64,000 nucleotides of DNA. Origin: an uncultured Chloroflexia bacterium (lineage in GTDB: Bacteria; Chloroflexota; Limnocylindria; Limnocylindrales; CSP1-4). The DNA lies in the NCBI GenBank assembly GCA_963776285.1, contig CAVZLW010000002.1, positions 235,251-299,250 on the forward strand, given 5' to 3'. Every line of letters begins with the position of its first letter. Position 1 is the first letter of the stretch. The position numbers and the translations under genes are program-made. Below the pieces are notes generated by a model. That model saw nothing but the letters and a program-made list of their open reading frames with translations. It had not been told where the DNA came from and made no database searches. Positions 28,449 through 37,240 of the stretch are shown in pieces.

Positions 28449-31274
28449 GTGGCCCGGACGAGCCGCAAGGGCGACGCGGAGGTGCCGAGGGCGGCGCCGG
28501 TCGAGGGAGACCGCGCTCGCCCGACGCTCCGAACCCTGGAGAGCCGCGTCCTCCGCGGCCCCAACTACTGGTCGCCCAAGCCGGTCGTCCGGATGCTCGT
28601 CGACCTGGGCGACCTGGAGCGCTGGCCCAGCAACACGATCCCGCACTTCACGGATGCGCTCGTCGGCATGATGCCATCGCTCGACGATCACGCCTGCTCC
28701 CTCGGCCGGCGCGGCGGCTTCATCAGCCGGCTCCGCGAGGGGACGTGGATGGGGCACGTGACCGAGCATGTCGCCCTGGAGCTGCAGAACCTCGCGGGCA
28801 CGGAGGCCCGCCACGGGAAGACACGCTCGGCGGGGGCGGAAGGCCGCTACCATGTCATCTACGAGTACGGCGAAGAGCAGGTCGGCCTGGAGGCCGGCCG
28901 GATGGCCGTGCGCTTCGTCAACCACCTCGTCGATCCCGACGATCCGGACTTCGCGTTCGATCTCGAGGTGGAGCTCGAGCGCCTGATCCTGCTCGCCGAG
29001 CGGCTCGCCTTCGGGCCGTCGACGCAGGCGCTGGTCGACGAGGCGATCGCCCGCGACATCCCGGTCCTGCGCCTGGACCGGTACTCCCTCGTGCAACTGG
29101 GGCAGGGAGTCCACCAGCGGCGGATCCGCGCGACGATGACGAGCAGCACGTCGGGGATCGCCGTCGACATCGCGTCGGACAAGAGCCTCACCAACCAGCT
29201 CCTCTCGGCCGCCGGCCTGCCGGTGCCGCGGGCCGAGGTCGTGGAGACGGACGAGGAGGCCATCGCGGCAGCCGAACGCCTGGGCTACCCGGTGGTGGTC
29301 AAGCCCCTGGACGGGAACCACGGGCGCGGGGTGGGATTGAACCTGCGGGACGCGGACGCGGTGCGTGGACACTTCCCGGAGGCGAAGCGCCAGAGCCGCC
29401 GCGGGGACGTCGTCGTCGAGACCTTCATCGCGGGCAACGACTACCGGGTCCTCGTCATCGGCGGCAAGCTGGCCGCGGTGGCCGAGCGCGTCCCGGCATC
29501 GGTCACCGGCGACGGCGGACACACGCTGCGCGAGCTCGTCGAGTTTGCCAACAGCGACCCCCGTCGAGGGATCGGCCACGAGAAGGTCCTGACGCGCATC
29601 AGGCTGGATGCGGCCGCCGAGGCGGTCGTCGCGGAGCAGGGCCTGGGCCTCGACGACGTCCCACCGGCGGGGACCTGGGTCAAGCTCGCGCTCACCGGCA
29701 ACATGTCGACGGGTGGCACCTCGATCGACCGCACCATGGAGGCTCACCCCGACAACGTGGAGATCGCGGAGACGGCAGCGCTCGTCGTCGGCCTCGACAT
29801 CGCGGGGATCGACTTCATCTGCCCCGACATCAGCGAGCCGGTGCGCGAGACGGGCGGCGGAATCGTCGAGGTGAACGCCGCGCCGGGATTCCGGATGCAC
29901 ACGCACCCGACGGAGGGCGAGCCGCAGTACGTGGCGAAGCCGGTCCTGGACCTGCTCTTCCCGCCGGGCGCCCCCGCCCGGATCCCGATCGTCGCGGTGA
30001 CCGGCACGAACGGCAAGACGACGACGGTCCGGATGATCTCCCACATCTTCAAGCTCATGGGGCGCCGTGTCGGGATGACCTCCACGGACGGCATCGTGAT
30101 CGACGGCCGGCTCACCAAGAAGGGCGACATGTCGGGACCGAAGTCGGCCCAGATGGTGCTCCAGAACCCGACGATCGACATGGCGGTCTTCGAGGTGGCC
30201 CGTGGCGGCATCGTCCGGGAGGGCCTGGGCTACGACCGCAACGACGTGGCCGTGGTCACCAACGTCACGGGCGACCACCTGGGCCTCGGCGGCATCGACA
30301 CGATCCGGCAGCTCGCCTCCGTGAAGAGCGTCCTGGTGGACGCCGTGCCCAAGACCGGCACCGCCGTCCTCAACGCCGACGACCCCCTGGTCGCTCGCAT
30401 GGCGCGCCAGGCGGGCGGCCGGGTCGTCTACTTCAGCATGGCGACGACGAAGGAAAGCGACGGCTGGGACCGCGTCGACACTCACTGCGGGCGCGGCGGC
30501 GCCGCGTTCGTGCTGCAGCCGGCCGCCGACGGCGAGCTCATCGTGTTGCGCCTCGGGACGCGCACGATGCCGGTCCTCTACACCCACCTGGTCCCCGCCA
30601 CGTTCGGCGGCAAGGCCCGCATGAACGTGGCGAACGCGTTGGCCGCCGCCGCGGCGGCCTGGTCGGCGGGCGCCCACCTGCACGACATTCGCCAGGGTTT
30701 GCGGACCTTCACGACGTCGTTCTTCCAGGCGCCCGGCCGGCTCAACCTCGTGGAGCAGGGCGGCGTCCGCCTGGTCATCGACTACAGCCACAACGTCGAC
30801 GGGATGCGCCAGCTTGCCGACTTCGTCCAGCGCATGGTCGAGCTGGCCCCCGCGAAGGCCGGCGGTCCGAGCCAGCGCGGTCGAGCGATCGGGGTCATCG
30901 GGATTCCCGGCGATCGTCGCGATGCCGACCAGCACGACTACGGGTACCTGGCCGCCAGCGCCTTCGACGAGATCTACGTTCGCGAGGACCGCACCCTCCG
31001 CGGCCGCCAGCCCGGCGAGTCGGCGGAGAACGTCCTGCGCGGCGTGCGCGACGCGCGAGCCAAGGGCGGGGCCGTGACGACGAAGGCCGAGAAGATCCTC
31101 GACGAGATGGCGGCCGTCCGGATGGCGATCCGGCGTGCCGTCCCGGGCGACCTCGTGGTCTGCTGCGTCGACGACGCCGTGGGCGTCTATCGGCTGGCCA
31201 ACGAGCTCCTGGGCGTGCCGGGTGGCTCCAGTGCCATCAGCGACCCGGGGGAGCTGGACGCGCCCGCCGGGTAG
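28449..31274 (+). CDS. cphA: Cyanophycin synthetase (CphA1 type, N-G-M domains)
   Basis: LRGPNYWS; N-domain metal motif HAC...GHVTEH; ATP-grasp motifs VVKPLDGNHGRG and EVNAAPG; Mur domain GTNGKTT, EVARGG, DHLG, PGRLN, DYSHN. Confidence 0.96.
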   Translation: MARTSRKGDAEVPRAAPVEGDRARPTLRTLESRVLRGPNYWSPKPVVRMLVDLGDLERWPSNTIPHFTDALVGMMPSLDDHACSLGRRGGFISRLREGTWMGHVTEHVALELQNLAGTEARHGKTRSAGAEGRYHVIYEYGEEQVGLEAGRMAVRFVNHLVDPDDPDFAFDLEVELERLILLAERLAFGPSTQALVDEAIARDIPVLRLDRYSLVQLGQGVHQRRIRATMTSSTSGIAVDIASDKSLTNQLLSAAGLPVPRAEVVETDEEAIAAAERLGYPVVVKPLDGNHGRGVGLNLRDADAVRGHFPEAKRQSRRGDVVVETFIAGNDYRVLVIGGKLAAVAERVPASVTGDGGHTLRELVEFANSDPRRGIGHEKVLTRIRLDAAAEAVVAEQGLGLDDVPPAGTWVKLALTGNMSTGGTSIDRTMEAHPDNVEIAETAALVVGLDIAGIDFICPDISEPVRETGGGIVEVNAAPGFRMHTHPTEGEPQYVAKPVLDLLFPPGAPARIPIVAVTGTNGKTTTVRMISHIFKLMGRRVGMTSTDGIVIDGRLTKKGDMSGPKSAQMVLQNPTIDMAVFEVARGGIVREGLGYDRNDVAVVTNVTGDHLGLGGIDTIRQLASVKSVLVDAVPKTGTAVLNADDPLVARMARQAGGRVVYFSMATTKESDGWDRVDTHCGRGGAAFVLQPAADGELIVLRLGTRTMPVLYTHLVPATFGGKARMNVANALAAAAAAWSAGAHLHDIRQGLRTFTTSFFQAPGRLNLVEQGGVRLVIDYSHNVDGMRQLADFVQRMVELAPAKAGGPSQRGRAIGVIGIPGDRRDADQHDYGYLAASAFDEIYVREDRTLRGRQPGESAENVLRGVRDARAKGGAVTTKAEKILDEMAAVRMAIRRAVPGDLVVCCVDDAVGVYRLANELLGVPGGSSAISDPGELDAPAG

Positions 31275-31328
31275 CCAGGGCAGCGCCGGCGAAGGAGGGC
31301 GCGCTCGGCGGCGCCGGCGCCTCCGCCG

Positions 31329-33110
31329 CTACCCCCGGTGCGGGCGTGCGGTGAGCCCGGGCACCAGCGCCCGAAGGTCCGCGGGGGATTCGACCGGTCG
31401 CGCCCCGAGCTCCGTGAGGAGCCCGAAGACGTCGTCGCGCTCGGCGTGACACATGAGGGCGACGACCGCCGGCTGGTCCGGCCGGCCGCGGTCGTCGGGA
31501 CCGCCGGCGCGCGCCAGCTCAGCGCGCAGCGCGGCCACCTCGGTCGCGTAGACGGGCACGGCGGCCGGGTCGATCGTCGCGCCCCCGCGGGATGCCGCGA
31601 CGGCGGACCCTTCGGCGATGCCGGCCCGCAGGACCCTGACCAGGTCCTGCCGGTCGCGTCCACGCAGGTAGCCCAGCGTCTCCTTGATCGCCACGCGCCG
31701 GGCGCGCGAGCCCGCGATCCGCCCGATGCCCCACAGCGTGTCGTCCGGGCGGTCGCCCGCGGCCCCGATGATCAGCGTCACGGGCCAGGTTCGTGCGGCG
31801 CCTCCGGTGGCGATCCCGTCGGCGACGTCGAGGAGCGCCTCCAGGCCGGCCTCGTTGTGGGCGAAGTCGACGATGACGACACGCTTCCCATGCCGGAACA
31901 GGTTGAGCCGCCCCGGCGACCTCTCCGCCGAGGGCCGGAAGTCGCGCAGGCCGTCGGCCACCTCCTCGAGGGTCGCACCCATCGCCCGCGCCCCGCCTGC
32001 CGCCGCGAGAGCGTTGGCCACGTTGTGGCGGGCCAGGCCGCCGAGCGCGACCGGGATCTCGTCGATGTCGAGGATGGGTCGGGTCTCGCCCGCCTCCACC
32101 TCGGCGAGCCCGCCGCGCCGGACGACGTAGGCGCGCCCGCCGCGCTCCACGTGGGCCCGCAACGCCGGCGAGGACTCCGGGTCGAGCGAGAAGAGGGCGA
32201 CGTGGGCAGCCACGAGGTCGGCCACGGCCGCGACGTGCCGGTCGTCGGCGTTGAGGACGACCCATCCGTCGGGCTTCGTGATCCGGCAGATCGTCGCCTT
32301 GGCCGCTGCGAGCTCGGGGAGCGTGTGGATCCCCAGGCGGTCCAGGTGGTCAGAGCTGACGTTGGTCAGGACGCTCGCCTCGTTGCTCTGGTATCCGACG
32401 CCCTTGAGGAGGATCCCGCCGCGCGCGGTCTCGAGCACGGCGACCTCGACGTCGGAGCGGCCCAGGATGGCGGCCGCCCCGCCGGGCCCCGTCCAGTCAC
32501 CCGGCTCCACCATGCGGCCGTCGACCAGGATCCCGTCGGACGTCGTGGAGCCCACCCGGCGCCCGGCCCGGCCCAGCACGGCCGCGATCATCCGCGTGAC
32601 GGTGCTCTTGCCGTTCGTCCCGGAGACGGACACGACGGGGATGCGCCGGATCTCGTCCCGGATCATCGTCGGACCCTGGGCCAGGGCGCCGGAGATCCGC
32701 CAGGCGGCCGCCACGACGTCGGGATGCGCGGAGGAGACACTCTCGGGGTCCAGCTCCTCCTCGGCGAGCCGCCAGGCCGACTCGGCGAGCGTGCGAGCCC
32801 GCTCCGCGCCATGCCACGGGAAGGAGACGATCCAGTGCCCGGGGTCGGCGCCCCGGTGGACCTGCACGTCCTCGGCGGGTCCCTTGCCGGCGTCCACGCG
32901 GAGCCGGCCGCACCAGCCGGCCAGGCGGGCGACCGGCGCCGGTCTGCGGCTCGGCGCGACGTTCGCCCACAGGCGGGTGGCGACTCCCTCGGCGGCATCG
33001 CGCTCGCCGTGCCACACCTCGCCGGCGCCCACGGCGACCTCGACCTTCACGGCCGGCTCGAGGCGGTACAGGTTGGGTCCTTCGAGGAGGCGGATCTCGA
33101 CGAGTCTCAC
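31329..33110 (-). CDS. CphA-like Mur ligase: N-domain-like region fused directly to the M domain, no ATP-grasp domain
   Basis: The start RLVEIRLLEGPNLY resembles the CphA N-terminus. After about 155 aa comes RIPVVSVSGTNGKST, then LETARGG, TNVSSDHL, LNADD, HNVANALAA, SPGRLN, DFAHN and GDRPD. Confidence 0.85.
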   Translation of the reverse strand: MRLVEIRLLEGPNLYRLEPAVKVEVAVGAGEVWHGERDAAEGVATRLWANVAPSRRPAPVARLAGWCGRLRVDAGKGPAEDVQVHRGADPGHWIVSFPWHGAERARTLAESAWRLAEEELDPESVSSAHPDVVAAAWRISGALAQGPTMIRDEIRRIPVVSVSGTNGKSTVTRMIAAVLGRAGRRVGSTTSDGILVDGRMVEPGDWTGPGGAAAILGRSDVEVAVLETARGGILLKGVGYQSNEASVLTNVSSDHLDRLGIHTLPELAAAKATICRITKPDGWVVLNADDRHVAAVADLVAAHVALFSLDPESSPALRAHVERGGRAYVVRRGGLAEVEAGETRPILDIDEIPVALGGLARHNVANALAAAGGARAMGATLEEVADGLRDFRPSAERSPGRLNLFRHGKRVVIVDFAHNEAGLEALLDVADGIATGGAARTWPVTLIIGAAGDRPDDTLWGIGRIAGSRARRVAIKETLGYLRGRDRQDLVRVLRAGIAEGSAVAASRGGATIDPAAVPVYATEVAALRAELARAGGPDDRGRPDQPAVVALMCHAERDDVFGLLTELGARPVESPADLRALVPGLTARPHRG

Positions 33111-33357
33111 GGTGCGCGGAGGATAGCGGGCGGCCGCGGTGCACGGGGTCGCGCGTCGCGGCCGGCGGTCGGTGCCCCGGCAGCCGCCGGCACCGGTCGT
33201 CGCGGTCGGCGCGCGTTGGGCCGCCTCCGCCGCGATGGGGCTTCACTCCGGGATCGAGCCTCGTCGCGTCCCGCCGGGGGACACGTGCCGACAGGGGACC
33301 TGTCGCGCCGGGGGGTTGTCGCGCCAGGGGATCCCCGGGGACGCCTAGACTGGCGCC

Positions 33358-34587
33358 GTGCCACGCTCGACGCCCGCTGACCTCGTCTCCCGGGACGAGC
33401 TGGCGGCTCTGACCGCCCGGATCGCAGCCATCGAGCCCGACTTCCTGGCCGACCTCGAGCGGCTCGTGGACCTCGACTGCGGGAGCTACACGCGCGACGG
33501 CGTGAACGTCGTGGCCACCTGGGTCGCAGCATTCCTCCAACGCCTGGGGGGCCGCGTGACCCGCCACGCCGACCCCGGCGGCGCCCTGGGCGACACGGTC
33601 GAGGCCACCTTCACCGGCACGCCGGGTGGACCGCGGGCGATCCTGCTCGGGCACATGGACACGGTCTTCCCCGAAGGCACGGCTGCCGAGCGTCCGTTCG
33701 CCTGCGGCGACGGCATGGCGAAGGGCCCCGGCGTCACCGACATGAAGTCTGGTCTCCTCACGCTCCTGTACGGCCTCGAGGCCGCCCTGGCGACCGGCCC
33801 GCTGCCCTACGAGCGCCTGACCGTGATCGCGAACCCCGACGAGGAGATCGGCTCGCCGGCCTCGACCCCCCACATCGAGCGCGTCGCTCGCAGCAGCGAC
33901 CTCGCCTTCAGCCTGGAGTGCGCCCGGGCGAACGGCGACATCGTGTCGTCGCGCAAGGGGACCGGCGACTACGTGATCACGCTCCGTGGGCGCGCCGCCC
34001 ACGCCGGCGTGGAGCCCGAGAAAGGGCGCAGCGCCATCCTCGCCGCGGCGCACCTCGTGGTCGGCCTGCACGGGCTGACCGGACGCTGGCCGGGCGTGAC
34101 CTGCAACGTCGGAGTGATCGAGGGCGGGATCCGCCCGAACGTCGTCGCCGAGCGGGCCGTGCTCTCCGTCGACCTGCGGGCGGTCGACCGCGCGTCGATG
34201 GAGGCTGCCGACGCGGCGATCCGGGCCCTGGCCGCCGCCCCCGCGGTCCGCGACGTGACGATCGACGTCGACCTGCGCCAGCGTCACTGGCCGCTGGAAA
34301 GGCTGGAGCGCGCGGGGCGCCTGGTCGAGCTCGCCCAGGACCTGTCGGGCGGCCTTGGATTCGCCGTCCGGGACGCCGCGACCGGGGGGGCGTCCGACGC
34401 CAACACGACCGCCGGGCTCGGCGTTCCGTCGCTGGACGGCCTCGGACCGATCGGCGGGATGGACCACTCACCGGACGAGTGGCTCGACCTGGCCAGCATC
34501 GTGCCGCGGACGGCGCTCTTCGCGGCTCTCCTCCTCGCGGCCGGGCGCGACCCCGTGGTCCGCGGATGGCGGAGCGCCGGCGGATGA
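33358..34587 (+). CDS. M20 family metallopeptidase (carboxypeptidase G2-like)
   Basis: LLGHMDTV, GPGVTDMK, DEEIGS, GRAAHAG.EPEKGRSAI, GGASDAN, HSPDEW. Confidence 0.92.
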   Translation: MPRSTPADLVSRDELAALTARIAAIEPDFLADLERLVDLDCGSYTRDGVNVVATWVAAFLQRLGGRVTRHADPGGALGDTVEATFTGTPGGPRAILLGHMDTVFPEGTAAERPFACGDGMAKGPGVTDMKSGLLTLLYGLEAALATGPLPYERLTVIANPDEEIGSPASTPHIERVARSSDLAFSLECARANGDIVSSRKGTGDYVITLRGRAAHAGVEPEKGRSAILAAAHLVVGLHGLTGRWPGVTCNVGVIEGGIRPNVVAERAVLSVDLRAVDRASMEAADAAIRALAAAPAVRDVTIDVDLRQRHWPLERLERAGRLVELAQDLSGGLGFAVRDAATGGASDANTTAGLGVPSLDGLGPIGGMDHSPDEWLDLASIVPRTALFAALLLAAGRDPVVRGWRSAGG

Positions 34588-35009
34588 GCGAGCCGGGAGG
34601 AAGCATGCGCCTCAGCGCGGGCACCGACGGGCGGACCAGGGTCTCGTCGGGCGGGCCATGGGAGGAGCGCTACGGGTACGCCCGCGCGATCGTTGCCCAC
34701 GACACGTGCTTCGTGGCGGGCACGACGGACGCCGGCGCCGACGGCATCGCCCGGCATCCGGGCGCACGCGCGCAGGCCGACGCGATCTTCGGGGTCATCC
34801 GCGATGCCCTCGTCGCGGCCGGCTTCGATCTCGCGGACCTCGTGCGGACCCGGATGTACGTCGTCGACGCGGCCGACATCCCGGCCGTCGCCGAGGCGCA
34901 CGGCCGCTGGCTCCGGGAAATCCGGCCGGCCGCCACGCTCGTCCTCGTCCGCGGCCTGATCGACCCGAGCCTGCGGGTCGAGATCGAGGCGGAGGCACGT
35001 CGCCGCTGA
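34584..35009 (+). CDS. Rid (YjgF/YER057c/UK114) family protein
   Basis: WEERYGYARA, VAGTT, VRTRMYV, IRPAAT.V.V.GLIDP..RVEIEAEA. ATGA overlap with the M20 gene (alternative start 34605). Confidence 0.9.
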   Translation: MSEPGGSMRLSAGTDGRTRVSSGGPWEERYGYARAIVAHDTCFVAGTTDAGADGIARHPGARAQADAIFGVIRDALVAAGFDLADLVRTRMYVVDAADIPAVAEAHGRWLREIRPAATLVLVRGLIDPSLRVEIEAEARRR

Positions 35010-35067
35010 CGGGCGCCGGCGGCGGCGGCGATCTCGGCGTGCTCCCCGCCAGGGCGAGCCAGCCGGA

Positions 35068-35400
35068 CTAGGCGATGCCGGCCGCGCGCAGCCCCGCTGC
35101 GAGGGCGACCGCCACGAGGAGCCCGAGGGCGAGGTTGCGGCGCCAGGCGACGATGGCCGCACAGGCCAGCACCGCACCGACCTCGGGTCCGACGGTGAGG
35201 ACCGGCCGGCCGCCCGGTCCCACCCCCACCAGGACGTCGGCCGCGGCGATCGAACCGAGGACCGCGGGGCCGACCAGGCGGAGGTACTCCAGCGCTCGCG
35301 GCGGCAGCCGCTCGAAGCGCGGCAGGAGGAGGGGGATCACCCGCGCCGGGTAGGTCACCGCGAACATCAGCACGGCGAGGCCGACCAGCCCGACGCTCAT
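35068..35400 (-). CDS. azlD: AzlD-family small exporter subunit
   Basis: VTYPARVIP, LEYLRLVGPAVLGSI, WRRNL; coupled to azlC. Confidence 0.85.
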   Translation of the reverse strand: MSVGLVGLAVLMFAVTYPARVIPLLLPRFERLPPRALEYLRLVGPAVLGSIAAADVLVGVGPGGRPVLTVGPEVGAVLACAAIVAWRRNLALGLLVAVALAAGLRAAGIA

Positions 35401-36218
35401 GGGGCCATCCCGTCCTCGCTCCGATCCCGACGTGCGAACGCGTTCGGATCGGCCGGCAGCTCGTCGGCCTCGGGGATGGCGCGATCGCGGCGCGGGACCG
35501 CGAAACCCGCCGCGGGCCCCAGCAGACCGCCGGCCACGACGCCGACGCGCGGGTCGATCGCCAGGCTCGCGAGAAGGGCGATGGCGACGCCCGCCGCGAG
35601 GGCCACGACCTCCCGGCGCCCGGTCGTCAGGCCGACGGCGAGTCCCGCCATGGCGGCCGGGAAGACGATGTCGAGCCCGACGACCTTCGGATCCGGGATC
35701 TCCTGGCCGCCGACGTAGCCGAGGAGCGTCGCGAGGTTCCACGGGATGAAGACGCCCCCGACCGCCGCCAACCAGTAGCCGCGCCGGTCGGCGACGCCGA
35801 GGCGCCGGAAGTGGACCAGCGAGAGCGCGAACGACTCGTCCGTCAGCACGTGCGCCATCCCGGCTCGCTCGGGCCGTCGCACGCCGCGGAGCCACGGGGC
35901 GAGCGCGGCCGCGTAGAGCAGGTGGCGCGCGTTGACCAGCCCGGTCAGGAGGACGATCACGGGCCAGGAGAACCCGGACGCGACCATGCCGGCGGCCAGG
36001 AACTGGGACGCGCCGGCGAACACGATCACGGAGAACGCCGCGGCCTCGATCACCGAGAAGCCCGCGCCTCGCGCCGTGAGCCCGAAGACGACGCCGAAGC
36101 CGGCTGCCGAGGCAACGATCCCGATCATGTCGAGGGTCAGGCGGCGACGCGAGTCGCGGAGCGCCCCGGCCCCTGGAGCCTGGGGCCGCGGCGTGGGCAC
36201 GGGTCGGGGCGGCGTCAC
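35397..36218 (-). CDS. azlC: AzlC-family amino acid exporter permease (start uncertain)
   Basis: FAGASQF, VNARHLLY, LTDESFA, GLDIVFPA. Confidence 0.9.
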   Translation of the reverse strand: MTPPRPVPTPRPQAPGAGALRDSRRRLTLDMIGIVASAAGFGVVFGLTARGAGFSVIEAAAFSVIVFAGASQFLAAGMVASGFSWPVIVLLTGLVNARHLLYAAALAPWLRGVRRPERAGMAHVLTDESFALSLVHFRRLGVADRRGYWLAAVGGVFIPWNLATLLGYVGGQEIPDPKVVGLDIVFPAAMAGLAVGLTTGRREVVALAAGVAIALLASLAIDPRVGVVAGGLLGPAAGFAVPRRDRAIPEADELPADPNAFARRDRSEDGMAP

Positions 36219-36247
36219 GGGCGACGCCGAGCCGGTCCCCGGCGTGG

Positions 36248-36511
36248 TCAGCGGAGGGCCGTCTTCCCGCAACGGTCGCAGACCGCGACCATCGCGTGGC
36301 GCTCGCGGGCGTACCCGGCGACGTGGAGCGTGCCGCCGCAGCCGGCGTGGTGGTAGGTCCACCAGCGGTCGCTCTCGTCGAGCGGGATCGATTCAGCGGC
36401 CAGCGTGACGTCGAGTCCCTCGTGCGCCGCGAGCGTCGCGGCAACCGCGGCGGCGCGCTCGGCCTCCGTCTCCGAGGAGTACGGATAGGTCTGTGAGACG
36501 TTCGAGGTCAC
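36248..36511 (-). CDS. Small hypothetical protein with probable Zn ribbon
   Basis: GTG 36511 with GGAGG RBS. 87 aa ending WWTYHHAGCGG.LHVAG...VCDRCGKTALR. Confidence 0.7.
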   Translation of the reverse strand: MTSNVSQTYPYSSETEAERAAAVAATLAAHEGLDVTLAAESIPLDESDRWWTYHHAGCGGTLHVAGYARERHAMVAVCDRCGKTALR

Positions 36512-36681
36512 GCGAGCCTCCGGCGGGATCGTGGGCGGCGGATGTCGACGGCCGCGAGTATCGCACGGTCGCTCGACCACGGGGCCCGCGGGGCGCCCCC
36601 CGGTGTCGCCCGCCCTCCCCGGGCTCCTGGGGGCAGCGGCGGGCTGGTGCGTCGCCCGCCGGAGCGTCGGCGCCTCGCCCG

Positions 36682-37215
36682 TCAGACGGGCGGCTCGCCG
36701 ATGGCGCGACGCCACGCCGCCTCCAACGCCTCGACCGTGGGCGGCGGAAGGTGCTCGCGAAGCGCCGCCGCGCAGGCCATGTTCCAGGTGGCGATGATGG
36801 CCAGGCGCGGGTCCCACGGCGCCAGGCTGTCCTCGATCAGGCCGATCGAGGCGTCCTGCAGGTCTCGGCTGCGACGCGCCGGGATGATAAGGCGATAGAT
36901 GGCGTCCATGCCGGTCGGCTTCGGGGCGAACCGCGCGCCCATCCGCTCGACGTCGATCCCGGTGAGGCCGCTCGCCAGCGCGGTGAGAAGCTCGGAGAAG
37001 AGGTCCTGGAGCTCCTGCTCGTCCTCGCCGTGGAGCCTGGGTCCTTCCCACCAGGCGAACATGAACCCCTTGTCCACGTGCTTGTGGGACCTCGCGGCCA
37101 CCAGGGCCCGGACCGCGGCGTCGAGGGCGTGGAGGTCGTCGACCGTCAGCTTTCGGACTTGACGGAGCAGCGCCATCCGCGGGCCGGGGTAGAGGAAGGG
37201 CTGGCGCTCGGTCAC
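36682..37215 (-). CDS. Hypothetical protein
   Basis: ORF with natural composition and GC3 bias downstream of ggt. No family recognised; start uncertain. Confidence 0.6.
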   Translation of the reverse strand: MTERQPFLYPGPRMALLRQVRKLTVDDLHALDAAVRALVAARSHKHVDKGFMFAWWEGPRLHGEDEQELQDLFSELLTALASGLTGIDVERMGARFAPKPTGMDAIYRLIIPARRSRDLQDASIGLIEDSLAPWDPRLAIIATWNMACAAALREHLPPPTVEALEAAWRRAIGEPPV

Positions 37216-37240
37216 GTGCCGGCTCCCGGCGCGGGCGTGC

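Noticed and set aside
31329-33110. Calling this gene cphA2, murE/F or folC
   Set aside because: CphA2 retains ATP-grasp, which is absent here. The ETARGG, PGRLN and DFAHN motifs and the GPNLY start match CphA better than cell-wall Mur ligases or FolC, and there is no dcw context.
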